Virus record (IMG/VR): IMGVR_UViG_3300018420_000021
Location: 1-58,797 of that record
Origin: a virus
Taxonomy: Duplodnaviria; Caudoviricetes
DNA length: 58,797 bases
Reading direction: 5' to 3' (one strand)
In this document: positions 35,457-45,752 of the stretch, piece after piece
How the letters are laid out: each line of letters opens with the position of its first letter
Position numbering within the stretch: the stretch's first letter is position 1
Made by a program: the position numbers and the translations under genes
The notes under the pieces: generated by a model
Databases searched by the model: none
What the model saw: only the letters and a program-made list of their open reading frames with translations
What the model was told of the DNA's origin: nothing

Positions 35457-36287
35457 ATGATATATTTAGAAAGACTTTTATTTGTAGGACCTGGCAAAGC
35501 CGTTGAAAGCGTACTCACGCTCAAAACAGATCACCATATTCAGCCATTGCCATTTAAAACAACTGTATATTCTCCTACTGTAAATCTATTAGATATATAC
35601 CAGCAGTTTGGAATTAATATTGAAAACTTTAAACTAATACTAGACCATCGAGTACCCAATTATGATAAAGTAAAGCATTTAGATCCGTGGTTAAGACAAC
35701 AGTTTATTAAACTACTTGCGATTGACTCAACTGATACAGCATATAATATAATACAAGATGCAGATATGATGTTGACTGCTCCTTATAGACCATTTAACAT
35801 AGGCTATCCTAATCCGTTTATTCTAGAGAATCAAACACCGGAGCCGGAATACTCTGAACTTGCTGAATTGTTTACAGGTATCCCAAGACAAACTGCTCAC
35901 AGCTTTGTTAATGATCTGATGCCGTTAATGAAAGGCGATTGGTTGTTTATGCGTAAACAAATTGAAGAACGCTCACAGCGTCCGTGGTTAGACACACTGT
36001 TAGATGAAGTTAATCGTCGTGTAGAACAAAAAGGATACGCAAACTTTAGCGAATATGAAATGATTGGCAACTGGCTTGCTAAAAACTACAAACTCATGCC
36101 AACTACAGTTCAAATTGGTGAACAAATTACAAATGAAATAGCTCGCGCAATCAAAAAACAAGAGCTAGATATAGCGCCTTGGCAAAACAACTTGCACAAT
36201 GTAATTCCTATTAAAATATATGATGAGGATGCACGTTTAGATTTTGAAGATATTGAATACATACTAGATAGTTTTAGGTTGACATAA
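35457..36287 (+). CDS. Glycosyltransferase-like protein (DUF6492-like)
   Basis: W..QQ.IKL, DAD (DxD), FSEYE motifs. Confidence 0.6.
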   Translation: MIYLERLLFVGPGKAVESVLTLKTDHHIQPLPFKTTVYSPTVNLLDIYQQFGINIENFKLILDHRVPNYDKVKHLDPWLRQQFIKLLAIDSTDTAYNIIQDADMMLTAPYRPFNIGYPNPFILENQTPEPEYSELAELFTGIPRQTAHSFVNDLMPLMKGDWLFMRKQIEERSQRPWLDTLLDEVNRRVEQKGYANFSEYEMIGNWLAKNYKLMPTTVQIGEQITNEIARAIKKQELDIAPWQNNLHNVIPIKIYDEDARLDFEDIEYILDSFRLT

Positions 36288-36338
36288 AAAAATATTAATG
36301 TTATATTATTAAAATAACTCAGATTATAAGGAGATCCA

Positions 36339-36551
36339 ATGGGATTAATAGCAGTATTAGCAATATTATTTTCAGTAGATAATGCAGAATTTCATAAAAC
36401 AGTTGCAGAACAAAAAGCCGCAGGATTTAAATGGTACAACTTACCTGAATGTAGACAAGTTACATCAGACCTTCCTGCTATTACTGTCGACAGTGTAAAA
36501 GGCAAAAGAGTTTGCTACAAACTAGCTCTAACAAGAGATGGTGCAAAATAA
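36339..36551 (+). CDS. Small hypothetical protein
   Basis: TTGACA..TATATT promoter and AAGGAG RBS. Confidence 0.7.
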   Translation: MGLIAVLAILFSVDNAEFHKTVAEQKAAGFKWYNLPECRQVTSDLPAITVDSVKGKRVCYKLALTRDGAK

Positions 36552-37487
36552 TTGATTAAAGTTTTTACAAAGGATGAACGATATGCTCCGATGGTATTTG
36601 TACCCATCGGAAATCCTTTTGTTGAAAAATTTCTAGTCAAACTTGCAGATTCAGCCAGCAAGTATCGTATACGTGACTGGAACGAACGTATACCTTATAT
36701 TCGGAATATTGATTACACCACATGGCGTCGAACACAACGTGATGTTCGCAAAAGTTTTATAGCCACTATTGATCGAATCAATGAGCTTGGTTATAGGTTT
36801 CCAATTGGCACAGATGATATTAGACTAGAGCAGGATCTCGAAACACAACTGTTTTTAAATATGATGCATAGGTGTTTTACCACCGCACACCGTAGCAGTA
36901 CTGAAGCACAACAGACCTATGACGATGTTAATTTTTTTGAAGTTGAGCGCGAACACATAGAAGAATTTAGAACCTTAGTGCATGCAATCAATGACGGTGT
37001 ACATGCTATTGAGAACTTTATTACCACAGACAGAATGCGGGAGTTTCCAGCACAACACGAATATCAAATTGAGTTTGATGCATTTGATCCTTATGATGCT
37101 AATAATGTAGCAAAGGAATACTTTGTAGATCTAACAGAAGAAGATTACAACTACTTTAGTGATAATCTCGATTACGACTTATGGTTACCTTGGCATCAAA
37201 TACAAGGCAAGTGCTATTGGGACGCATATTTTGCTTATGATGATCCTACACAATGGGATATCAGCGAGCATAAACAATACAGCGGAAGTATTGCTATTGG
37301 TAGTAGACAACAAGCAAGAGATCCCAAACTGGAAACATGGTTACAAGAACATGGTGTAACGCCCGGACCAATGACTTGTGGATTACCTATTGCTAAATTA
37401 GTAGAAGGACGTGAAACTTTGGATTGGTTGTATACACAACCAGGCGGCCCAATAAACTTAATCAAGGAAGTCACATGCTCTATGTAA
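36552..37487 (+). CDS. Hypothetical protein (LN..HR.F ...IN..VH..E motif)
   Basis: 311-aa ORF, TTG start. Confidence 0.7.
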   Translation: MIKVFTKDERYAPMVFVPIGNPFVEKFLVKLADSASKYRIRDWNERIPYIRNIDYTTWRRTQRDVRKSFIATIDRINELGYRFPIGTDDIRLEQDLETQLFLNMMHRCFTTAHRSSTEAQQTYDDVNFFEVEREHIEEFRTLVHAINDGVHAIENFITTDRMREFPAQHEYQIEFDAFDPYDANNVAKEYFVDLTEEDYNYFSDNLDYDLWLPWHQIQGKCYWDAYFAYDDPTQWDISEHKQYSGSIAIGSRQQARDPKLETWLQEHGVTPGPMTCGLPIAKLVEGRETLDWLYTQPGGPINLIKEVTCSM

Positions 37488-37807
37488 CTGAACGTTGGAA
37501 TACAACGCACACTGACGAAGACCGTATTAAAATATGGGATTTCTTGCACAACATGAGAATGGTTGGCAAACATAAGATGGCAAGCAACGGCACTTACTCT
37601 ACATACTTGGAAGATGGTTCACCTTGTAAACGTTTCGACGTACAGGAAAGTGTAGACGAGTATGTGAATTTTTTAAATGAAACGTTCGGTGCCGACACAT
37701 TCTCTGTAGAAGTCACAGACTACGAACCCGACGGACAACTGCCGGGCAGACATCCTAATAGCCCTTATGTGCAGGGCCGTGTTGTAGACTATAAACCTCC
37801 TTCATAA
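37475..37807 (+). CDS. Hypothetical protein
   Basis: AAGGA RBS, overlaps previous stop. Confidence 0.55.
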   Translation: MLYVTERWNTTHTDEDRIKIWDFLHNMRMVGKHKMASNGTYSTYLEDGSPCKRFDVQESVDEYVNFLNETFGADTFSVEVTDYEPDGQLPGRHPNSPYVQGRVVDYKPPS

Positions 37808-38906
37808 CAGCATCTGTCATTTGTTCACAGATCCTACGGCGTAGATGCAGTAGATGATTTCTATTGCTTTCTAGTATGTGTTGTGCTTGCTCTTGAATCT
37901 TTGCAGGATCTTGACGTGCTAGCCACAGCACTTGATCGAATGCAGTTTCAAACCGTTGTATATAGTCTCTTATATCGTCATAGCTTTCGTCAATGATTGA
38001 TCCAAATGTTTGAAATCCGTACAGTTCACGAAGTTGACGTAGGTATTGATAGCAACCAAACATAACAAACAATCGTCGAGCTAGTATAGGCTTTGCGGTT
38101 TTTTCACTCATTAAAAATGTACGATGCGAATAACTTTCAGTTACAATACTATAACGTGCATGAGCAAGTATATCCCAAGGGATAGTCCATGTTTTTATTG
38201 GCGAAGGGCAACTATCAAACTCCATACTGTGTGCGTCATTTTCTATTTCCCATGCAGGATCTAAATTAGGACTCACGTACGGATAAGGAATATGTTGCCC
38301 ATGTAGATAGTTTCGAAATTTTTCTGATACAAACTCACCGTGACTAAAGTTTTCTCGATATGTGACAATACTCTGATCTAATAGTTTGGTTTGAAATAAT
38401 CTACTCATCACGAAGTCTCTGTGATCTTTTCGTGTTCCCAACAAACTTTCAAACATAAACACAGGTTCTTGAAGAGGGCAATCGCGTACTTCGCTATTAC
38501 GCATTATTTCCCACACATACCATGGTCTAATAAAGCAACGGTCCGGAACATCGTAACCTTCAACTGCACCTAATGCAATCAGATAGCGTTTGATGTTCAT
38601 GTTTTCGATCCACTCAATAAGTGATTCGTAGTGTGTATGATCGGTAACTGTGATGAGAATTAAATCAAACGGTGTGTGATCAAAGTCTGGTGCAATGCGA
38701 TCAAAGTATTCAGGAACACAAGCGATCTTTATGTCCTGTGCTAGCACTTCTTCAAGATTGTTTGATGGTGTGAACTCTTTGCTGTAGGCAAACCAATCAG
38801 TATAACAGTCAACAAAGCCTGGTAGTCCTGGCTTCATTGGTTCAAATGAACCTACAAAAATATTATCCAGTGTATTTGCATAAAAGGTAAAAACCTTAAT
38901 CATCAA
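37755..38906 (-). CDS. Putative glycosyltransferase-like protein, paralogue 3
   Basis: SIVTES..SEKTAKPI..F...G...L.....GFQTF..IIDESYD. Confidence 0.7.
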   Translation of the reverse strand: MMIKVFTFYANTLDNIFVGSFEPMKPGLPGFVDCYTDWFAYSKEFTPSNNLEEVLAQDIKIACVPEYFDRIAPDFDHTPFDLILITVTDHTHYESLIEWIENMNIKRYLIALGAVEGYDVPDRCFIRPWYVWEIMRNSEVRDCPLQEPVFMFESLLGTRKDHRDFVMSRLFQTKLLDQSIVTYRENFSHGEFVSEKFRNYLHGQHIPYPYVSPNLDPAWEIENDAHSMEFDSCPSPIKTWTIPWDILAHARYSIVTESYSHRTFLMSEKTAKPILARRLFVMFGCYQYLRQLRELYGFQTFGSIIDESYDDIRDYIQRFETAFDQVLWLARQDPAKIQEQAQHILESNRNHLLHLRRRICEQMTDAVMKEVYSLQHGPAHKGY

Positions 38907-39936
38907 CTAATCCTCGATCTCGCAGTTCACGAGTTAAACGCTGTCTAAAACTATCGCTAACAGCATACTCTTGATTGTACGCAAGTTCACGAGTTTTACT
39001 AAAGTATATTTCTTCAATGTTGTCATATAGAATGTCCAAAGTGCGTACCAGACCCTCCATTCGTGGTGCTATTTGTACAAACCATTCGTATAGATGATCG
39101 TCAAATACATCATCAAAAGTTTCAAAGCCCAACTGTTTTAAGAATCTTGTTTGTTTATATCCGCCTGCCATCATAAACAGTTGCCCTGCTACCAGAGGTT
39201 TAAATGTTTTTTCACTGAAGAAAACTGATCCCCAGTGTGTTTCTGTAACAATATTTAGATAACTATCAGTGAATGCTGGATGAAGCCATGAATGATCTCC
39301 GGGATTACCTTCAACATTACTGGTATCTACGTCATTTTCAATAGGTATCATAGGAGGTTTAGTTTTAACCCATTCGAATACTTCAACAGGCAGATCTTCC
39401 AATCTATCATTATTCAATTCTATAGTTTCGTTATTGTAGTTGTCTAATAGCCCGCCAAAACTAAACAGCATGTCATTAAAATACGCACGTTGACTGAGTA
39501 GATAGTACAAATAAATCCTATGTGTTACAGGTTGTCTGTTTAAACTGCTCACACGATACTGACGTTTGCTTATTGTGGGCAATGGTTGCCCTTGGTATCT
39601 TGTGTTACATCGATACAACCAGCTAGGAAAGAATATGTCGTCGTGGTGATTGGGTTCGCAGGTTAGTACATTAACCTGTCCTGTGTAGTTTACCACAGTC
39701 TGTCTAAACTTATCAAACAACAAACGCATTTCAGTTGTTGAAAAACCATCATGACTACCATCAAGTACTAGTTGAGCATGCTCTGGAAGCAATCGTTTAT
39801 AATATTCTATTTGTTTTTGCAAATTGTGTTTTGCAATAGCAGTTATAAACCCAGGTTCAGCAATGGATAGATAGGTTTTGCTGATATAAGGCACACAGAA
39901 CTTGGGAAGTTCTGGATGTAAATCATAGTTGATCAT
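38896..39936 (-). CDS. Putative glycosyltransferase-like protein, paralogue 2
   Basis: NIVTET..FSEKTFKPL..GQ.F......LKQLGFETF. Confidence 0.7.
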   Translation of the reverse strand: MINYDLHPELPKFCVPYISKTYLSIAEPGFITAIAKHNLQKQIEYYKRLLPEHAQLVLDGSHDGFSTTEMRLLFDKFRQTVVNYTGQVNVLTCEPNHHDDIFFPSWLYRCNTRYQGQPLPTISKRQYRVSSLNRQPVTHRIYLYYLLSQRAYFNDMLFSFGGLLDNYNNETIELNNDRLEDLPVEVFEWVKTKPPMIPIENDVDTSNVEGNPGDHSWLHPAFTDSYLNIVTETHWGSVFFSEKTFKPLVAGQLFMMAGGYKQTRFLKQLGFETFDDVFDDHLYEWFVQIAPRMEGLVRTLDILYDNIEEIYFSKTRELAYNQEYAVSDSFRQRLTRELRDRGLVDD

Positions 39937-39940
39937 CGAG

Positions 39941-41029
39941 TTATCCTAAGATATTATTGAGCTCGTCTGACACATGCTGATGCCAGTTGGTATTCAAGAA
40001 ATGCTTGTAATTATGTATTCTTATTTTTTCAGTCTTGTGATATATTTGTTCAGGATCTTCAAAACTCAATGCTGTTAGTGCATCCACTGCACACTGCCAG
40101 CGATCTTCGTAAACTTCAATTTCGTCATAGCTTTCATCAATAATTCCGTTAAAGGTTTTAAATCCTAGTCTACGTAAATTTCTTAGATATCGATATCCAC
40201 CAAACACAACAAAAGGTCGACGCCCAATGATTGGCTTTGCAACTTTTTCAGTAAATTGAGAATATGTGCTATGGTCACTGGTTTCAGCAACAATGGAATA
40301 ATAACTTTGATTGTACAAGTCCCAAGGAACTACACTATATCGAGACACTGCTCTAAAACCTAGACTAGGTCCTGGAACTTTGCTACTGGAATGTGTAATC
40401 CAGAAATTATCCCCGTCAGGCCAGGCATGGTATTGTGGCATGTTTAGAGCTTTCCACGTACCCTTTTCTAATTCTCCGTCTTTTTCTCTGAAGTAACTTA
40501 GAAATGTTAGGTCTTTTAATCTAGTATTGTTATTGATAGCATCGTAAACAAAAGTTCTATTGTGTTTTTGCATACCCAGCAGTGCATCAAATAGCTTAGG
40601 ACGGTTGGGACTATAATCATTGATCAAATTCTTTCTAAGATCTATGGCCCATTGATGAGAATTCTTTTTCCAGCCATTGCTGTTTGATGAATAATAGTTG
40701 GTTGGCTCAACAAACCAACTAATAGAAGGTCGGTGGTTTGTTAAATCAGTCATTGTTGGGAGAAAGTCTCCAAAAAACATTAGTCTAGGTTCGTCTTGAT
40801 ATTCTTTAATAACATCTACTAGCTCTGGATGATTGGATTCGTTTATCATAACAAAGATGTGAGGGATATTTGTGTTTAGCAGTTTATTAACTTTGTCCTT
40901 AATGATGTTAATGTTGCCAGTCCATATCCATTCTCCCCAAACTTTGGTGTTGTCTGGTATTGTGTGGTCATTGACCCATGTAAATCTTTTATCTACTATA
41001 TTAAATACTAGGTCATTACAAAAAATCAT
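39941..41029 (-). CDS. Putative glycosyltransferase-like protein, paralogue 1
   Basis: SIVAET..FTEKVAKPI...PFVVFG...L..LGFKTF..IIDESYD; start refined. Confidence 0.7.
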   Translation of the reverse strand: MIFCNDLVFNIVDKRFTWVNDHTIPDNTKVWGEWIWTGNINIIKDKVNKLLNTNIPHIFVMINESNHPELVDVIKEYQDEPRLMFFGDFLPTMTDLTNHRPSISWFVEPTNYYSSNSNGWKKNSHQWAIDLRKNLINDYSPNRPKLFDALLGMQKHNRTFVYDAINNNTRLKDLTFLSYFREKDGELEKGTWKALNMPQYHAWPDGDNFWITHSSSKVPGPSLGFRAVSRYSVVPWDLYNQSYYSIVAETSDHSTYSQFTEKVAKPIIGRRPFVVFGGYRYLRNLRRLGFKTFNGIIDESYDEIEVYEDRWQCAVDALTALSFEDPEQIYHKTEKIRIHNYKHFLNTNWHQHVSDELNNILG

Positions 41030-41086
41030 CAGTATCTCGCTAAATATTCCATTAATAATGTACTTATATAACAAGGAGTAAGTGCT

Positions 41087-41248
41087 ATGGCAAAACGTCC
41101 GGGCGGCAGCGCAAACACAAAAATGACACTAAACAGAATGGGAACCAAAAAGCGTACCAGTATTGGTTCTAGCAATCTATCAAGACCTAAAAATAAACAC
41201 ACCCGAGCAAATCATAAACTATATCGAGGCCAAGGCAAGTCTAGATAA
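41087..41248 (+). CDS. Small basic protein ending YRGQGK (53 aa)
   Basis: Hand-translated; AAGGAG RBS; K/R-rich. Confidence 0.7.
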   Translation: MAKRPGGSANTKMTLNRMGTKKRTSIGSSNLSRPKNKHTRANHKLYRGQGKSR

Positions 41249-41256
41249 TTAATAGT

Positions 41257-42072
41257 ATGAAACTATATGAGAATAAAAAACTATACACATTCGGTTGTAG
41301 TTTTACTCATTACGATTGGATTACTTGGGCTGACATTTTAGCTAAGGAATTTGCGAACTTCCAGAATTGGGCACAATCTGGAGGATGTAATTCATTTATA
41401 TACAATAGTGTCGTTGAATGTATACATCGTAATCCTCCTGAGGGCAATGACGTTTATTGTATAATGTGGACAGGAGTTACAAGAATGTCTTGGTATCAAG
41501 ATGGATTCTGGGTTACTCCTGGAAACATATTTTCACAACCTAAAATACCAAAAGATCTTGTTAAAAAATATTGGTCTGATTTTAAATGGCATCAGATGCG
41601 AGATTATGCGTTAATATACGGTATAAAAACAATATTAGAAAGTCTGGGTATAGAATATTATTTTATGTCGATGGCAGATTTTTTGCAGTTAGAGCAATAT
41701 CGAAGTGCTAAATCAACTGAGCCAAGAGTACAACAATTATATAAACCTCAATCCTATGTTAGACCTAGTGTAATTGATGTAGTATATGATGGTGATTTTG
41801 ACAAGTATCTTAAAACTAATCCACCTGCGAGACAAACAGATCTGTATTGTAGTCAGGTTCATAGACCCGACCAACACTGGGCAATCCGTAAGCCCTTGCG
41901 AAGAGATATGCATCCATTCCCGCAAGAGCACTTAGACTACATAACAAAAGTTATTCCTGAGTATACTGTTAGTGATTCTACACGAATGTGGGTTGAGCAA
42001 CAAAATCAGTTACTACTACAGGGCGAGTACATAGTTCATAGCCACCATCATTCTGCCCCACGTAGATTTTAA
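41257..42072 (+). CDS. SGNH hydrolase-like protein
   Basis: FGCSFT, NWA.SGG.N, MWT...R, D.HP...H. Confidence 0.65.
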   Translation: MKLYENKKLYTFGCSFTHYDWITWADILAKEFANFQNWAQSGGCNSFIYNSVVECIHRNPPEGNDVYCIMWTGVTRMSWYQDGFWVTPGNIFSQPKIPKDLVKKYWSDFKWHQMRDYALIYGIKTILESLGIEYYFMSMADFLQLEQYRSAKSTEPRVQQLYKPQSYVRPSVIDVVYDGDFDKYLKTNPPARQTDLYCSQVHRPDQHWAIRKPLRRDMHPFPQEHLDYITKVIPEYTVSDSTRMWVEQQNQLLLQGEYIVHSHHHSAPRRF

Positions 42073-42073
42073 T

Positions 42074-42526
42074 TTATTTTTGTTTTCCGTTTTTGATATT
42101 TTCGATCTCAGCCGCATTTTTTTGAATGCCTTCATTCTGAACACTGTCGATTAATGCTTGTAGTTTACGACCTTTTTCTTCTCGGCTATCCAGATGTAGG
42201 TTAGGATTAATAACCTTTTCTAGCTTTAGGAAAGCAATGCGTTCGTTGGGAACATAACGCCAGGTATAGCCTCGTTCTCCATAAACACCAAACACAGTTT
42301 CTGTTACACCAATTTTTACAATAACAGAATCATTGCCATCTAGTATTACTTTGTCGCCTTCGTTGAACGCACCGTTCATTTTAAACTTTAAACCTTTTGC
42401 CAGACTGGTAGCAAAGTCTTTAAACATCATTGTAACAACTAATGCAATTAATACAACTGCAAATGGTGTTAGCATTTCAGCTATTTCAAAGCCAACGGCA
42501 TTGGCTGAAAGAACATTTGGATCCAT
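42074..42526 (-). CDS. Minimal MscS-like membrane protein
   Basis: TM helix then F.EGD.V.LDG....VKIG..ET.F...VPN beta domain; TATAAATA at 42550-42557 (-); AGGAGG RBS. Confidence 0.6.
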   Translation of the reverse strand: MDPNVLSANAVGFEIAEMLTPFAVVLIALVVTMMFKDFATSLAKGLKFKMNGAFNEGDKVILDGNDSVIVKIGVTETVFGVYGERGYTWRYVPNERIAFLKLEKVINPNLHLDSREEKGRKLQALIDSVQNEGIQKNAAEIENIKNGKQK

Positions 42527-42604
42527 TACAACCTCCTAGGTTATTTTAGTATTTATAAGAAATACTATACTAAATATCAATGAAACAATCTGAGGAAATT
42601 AATA

Positions 42605-42778
42605 ATGACACCAAGTTGTCAAAATTGTGGACATGAAAGTCACTGTGGTATTGCTTTAGAAAAAGCACTTGATGTTCGCGAACCTGAAGAGATGACTCGA
42701 GTTTGTAATCAGTGTCGTTGTGCTCGTTGTTCTAAAGCGACCGACGAAGATTTCAAAGAATTTTGGAAAATTCTATAA
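42605..42778 (+). CDS. Small Cys/His-rich zinc-binding protein (57 aa)
   Basis: CQNCGHESHC...C..CRC..C; GAGG RBS; hand-translated. Confidence 0.7.
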   Translation: MTPSCQNCGHESHCGIALEKALDVREPEEMTRVCNQCRCARCSKATDEDFKEFWKIL

Positions 42779-42784
42779 TTTATA

Positions 42785-44083
42785 ATGTTTGATTTAGTTT
42801 TTGTGTCCTTCGCGGGCATCTTGGTAGGCATGCTTGCTGGATTATTACCAGCACTACCTGTATTTACAGGCCCATTGATCTTGTACTATTTCGTACAGGA
42901 CTATTATCCTGTTGAATATCTTTTGGTGTTTTGGTTAGCTAGTTACAGCGGCACACAGTTCTTTGGTAGCATTGCTACTATTACCACACGTATACCGGGT
43001 GAAGAAAGTGCGGCAATTTACTTAAATGATATCGACAATTTAACCACAGAACAAAAGCGCAATTTATTATATGATACCGCCATGGGTAGTTATATTGCGG
43101 CAACACTAAGTCTTGTGTTTGTATGGATTGTAGTAACCTACTTTGGCATAGGCATGTTTCCAGAACTTATGAGTATGCCTGTACAAATTGCAGTTTACTC
43201 AGTTGCAATACTGTTGTTCTTTTTAATACAGCCCAGCAAATGGCTTGTAACTCTTGTGCTTATTTCAGTAGGATTATTAATAGGTCCTCGACAAAATTAC
43301 GCATTACCTAATCTATGGTATGACATCCAACAGCTTTATAATGGTTATACTTTGTACATGGTTGTATTAGGTACTATTATATTTCCTGCACTAATAGATC
43401 CCGTCAAACGAATTACAGAAGTAGAACATTTTGGGCGAGTACGTAATAGAGGATATAGCATACTAGCTGGATTGCGTAGTACATTAATTGGTGCAGTGGC
43501 AGGATTAATTCCTGGACCTAGTGCAAGTGTAGCTACAGCTTTTGCATATCGCACTGGCGGATCTAGTAGTTATCGCAGAATTCTAAATGCAGAAACAGCT
43601 AACAACTCAGCAGTAGTAACCTGTGCATTGCCATTCTTTTTGTTAGGGATACCTATTAATCAAAATACATTGCTGATGAGCAACATTATGGATGTACAAA
43701 GTTTGGACATTGTTTCTGTAATACAAGAAACTGGTATGTTTGGATGGACAATATTTGATCTAGTTATTGCAATATCATTATGTGTTATGGTCATCTATTT
43801 TTGGTTAAGTACACATCTAATAGACTTCTATGCAGGTCTAGTTCAACGTTTACACCATCATATGAGATGGGTTGTAGCATTAATATTATTAGCACTGATA
43901 GCAGTAGATTTACAGTACGCTGAAATTGGACTAGGACGATATCTAATGTTATTAGCCAGTTTTACTGTTTTAGGATTTTGGTTACGCAAAATCAAAGTAA
44001 GTGCGATCCCATTCTTGTTTGCTATTATATTAGCTGATAAAATTATTTGGTTAGGCGTTCAAGCCTCGACTATATATTTCTAA
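42785..44083 (+). CDS. tctA: Tripartite tricarboxylate transporter permease TctA-like
   Basis: G.LAGLLP, FFGSI....RIPGE, GLIPG, AETANNSA, LGIP; about 12 TMs. Confidence 0.8.
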   Translation: MFDLVFVSFAGILVGMLAGLLPALPVFTGPLILYYFVQDYYPVEYLLVFWLASYSGTQFFGSIATITTRIPGEESAAIYLNDIDNLTTEQKRNLLYDTAMGSYIAATLSLVFVWIVVTYFGIGMFPELMSMPVQIAVYSVAILLFFLIQPSKWLVTLVLISVGLLIGPRQNYALPNLWYDIQQLYNGYTLYMVVLGTIIFPALIDPVKRITEVEHFGRVRNRGYSILAGLRSTLIGAVAGLIPGPSASVATAFAYRTGGSSSYRRILNAETANNSAVVTCALPFFLLGIPINQNTLLMSNIMDVQSLDIVSVIQETGMFGWTIFDLVIAISLCVMVIYFWLSTHLIDFYAGLVQRLHHHMRWVVALILLALIAVDLQYAEIGLGRYLMLLASFTVLGFWLRKIKVSAIPFLFAIILADKIIWLGVQASTIYF

Positions 44084-44100
44084 CATATCGGAGATTAAAA

Positions 44101-44985
44101 ATGAAAAAATTATTAATTGCCCTGGTGGCGATTGGCGCTGTTTCAGTCGTCGCATACAACTTTAAACAAGATGCTTCAATTGACACTGTTAAACAAGACT
44201 CTTCACCAGTAGAGTATACAGTTATTAACCAGAGTTCAAAAGCATCTCCTGCAGGCGTATTTGCTCAGGCAGTACGTAAAGCGGTAGACGGAAAATGGCA
44301 TCAGAGTAGCAACTGTACAGATGCTACAGACAAATTTAGAAGTACCAAAGACGCTGTTATGGTTTACAACTCAAGTGTAGCCTTTGCGGCACTAAACAAG
44401 AAACTTGCAAACTGTCAACTTGACGAAATTGCCAAAAGCAATGCAAAGGTTGCGTTGATCTCAAGTAGTCGTATGTTGATTTGTCAACGTGCAGATGCCA
44501 ACACAGACTTGTTTGGCGATCCTAGTCGTGCAGAAGAAAATCTAACACTGGGTATGGCAAGCATGTATGCTGTTCCAAAGCATGAAGCACAATGGAATGC
44601 CAGTGGTTCTGCTGTAAAGATTGTTCCTTATTCAGGATCAAAGACAGTATTACAAGCACTGATGGCTGGCGATATCAACTGGGGTTGGATGGGACAAAGC
44701 CTAGCACTCAAGCAAGGCGACAAACTCAAGTGCGAATACAGCACAGATCCATTAAGTACACGCTTTTTAGGTAAAACAGCTCCAAATTTAGTAATTCCTG
44801 ACTTTAGAATCAATGTCGTGGTATATAGTAATACTGCAAATATTGAGCGTTTAAGAGAAACACTTCAGAATAGTTCTACATTTCAGAAGTATATCTCTAG
44901 CAGTAAAAACAAAGTTGAAAGCGTATTGGATGCTAACTCAGTTGACCAATACGTTCAACGCATGTATAATACATGGGCAGACTAA
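44101..44985 (+). CDS. tctC: TctC/Bug-like periplasmic binding protein
   Basis: Signal peptide; IVPYSGS..VLQALMAGDI; follows tctA. Confidence 0.7.
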   Translation: MKKLLIALVAIGAVSVVAYNFKQDASIDTVKQDSSPVEYTVINQSSKASPAGVFAQAVRKAVDGKWHQSSNCTDATDKFRSTKDAVMVYNSSVAFAALNKKLANCQLDEIAKSNAKVALISSSRMLICQRADANTDLFGDPSRAEENLTLGMASMYAVPKHEAQWNASGSAVKIVPYSGSKTVLQALMAGDINWGWMGQSLALKQGDKLKCEYSTDPLSTRFLGKTAPNLVIPDFRINVVVYSNTANIERLRETLQNSSTFQKYISSSKNKVESVLDANSVDQYVQRMYNTWAD

Positions 44986-45011
44986 ACCATAGTTAACAAG
45001 GGAGGTTTTTA

Positions 45012-45665
45012 ATGTTTGCGAAATTAGATAGTGTAGATAGAGGACTAGTATATAAACTAGTAATTCTACACACATTGGTAATTGCAGTCAGTAACTACTT
45101 GGTGCAATTCAAGTTTAACCTGTTCCCAGGTGCTAATTTACCATTCTTTGGTGAGTTTCCACTGGCGGCGGCAGCGTTTACTTTTCCACTAGTAGTTGTT
45201 GCTACTGATTTAACTGTTCGTATGCTTGGAAAAGAATCTGGACGAGCAGTTGTAGCAATGGCTGTTATTCCTGCTATTATTGCAAGTATCCTAGTCATTG
45301 GTCTAGGTGGTGCACCATGGGAAAAGGCACTACGCATTGGCGCCGCATCCGGTGTAGCATATGGCGTTGGCACAATGCTTGACGTTTATGTCTTCCAACA
45401 CATTCGTGACCGTTGGAGTGAAGCATGGTGGGCGGCACCAGCAATTAGTACAGTTGCCGCTAATGTTATAGACACCTATGTTTTCTTTGCTACTGCATTC
45501 GCAGGACAAATGGGACCAGACGGTAAACTAACATGGATTGGTGAGAACTGGCACATTGTTGCACAGAACAATACACTTACCAAGATCGTTGTTGGTCTTA
45601 TTGTGTTCCTACCAGCTTATGGAGTACTATTACGTGAGCTACGCAAGCGTATGGAGACAAAGTAA
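45012..45665 (+). CDS. yhhQ: Queuosine precursor (preQ0/preQ1) transporter, YhhQ/VUT family
   Basis: IA.SNYLVQ, FTFP....ATDLTVR..G, LDVYVF, WW.AP..ST...N.IDT..FF..AF, FLPAYGVLL. Confidence 0.88.
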   Translation: MFAKLDSVDRGLVYKLVILHTLVIAVSNYLVQFKFNLFPGANLPFFGEFPLAAAAFTFPLVVVATDLTVRMLGKESGRAVVAMAVIPAIIASILVIGLGGAPWEKALRIGAASGVAYGVGTMLDVYVFQHIRDRWSEAWWAAPAISTVAANVIDTYVFFATAFAGQMGPDGKLTWIGENWHIVAQNNTLTKIVVGLIVFLPAYGVLLRELRKRMETK

Positions 45666-45701
45666 AACTTAGGACGAAACATATTTTATATAGTATGTAC
45701 T

Positions 45702-45735
45702 AAGAAAAGCGAGTTTCAAGACTCGCTTTTCTTTT
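45702..45735 (+). terminator. Bidirectional intrinsic terminator
   Basis: AAGAAAAGCGAGT-TTCAAG-ACTCGCTTTTCTTTT. Confidence 0.85.
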
Positions 45736-45752
45736 ATGCAAAGGAACGCACA

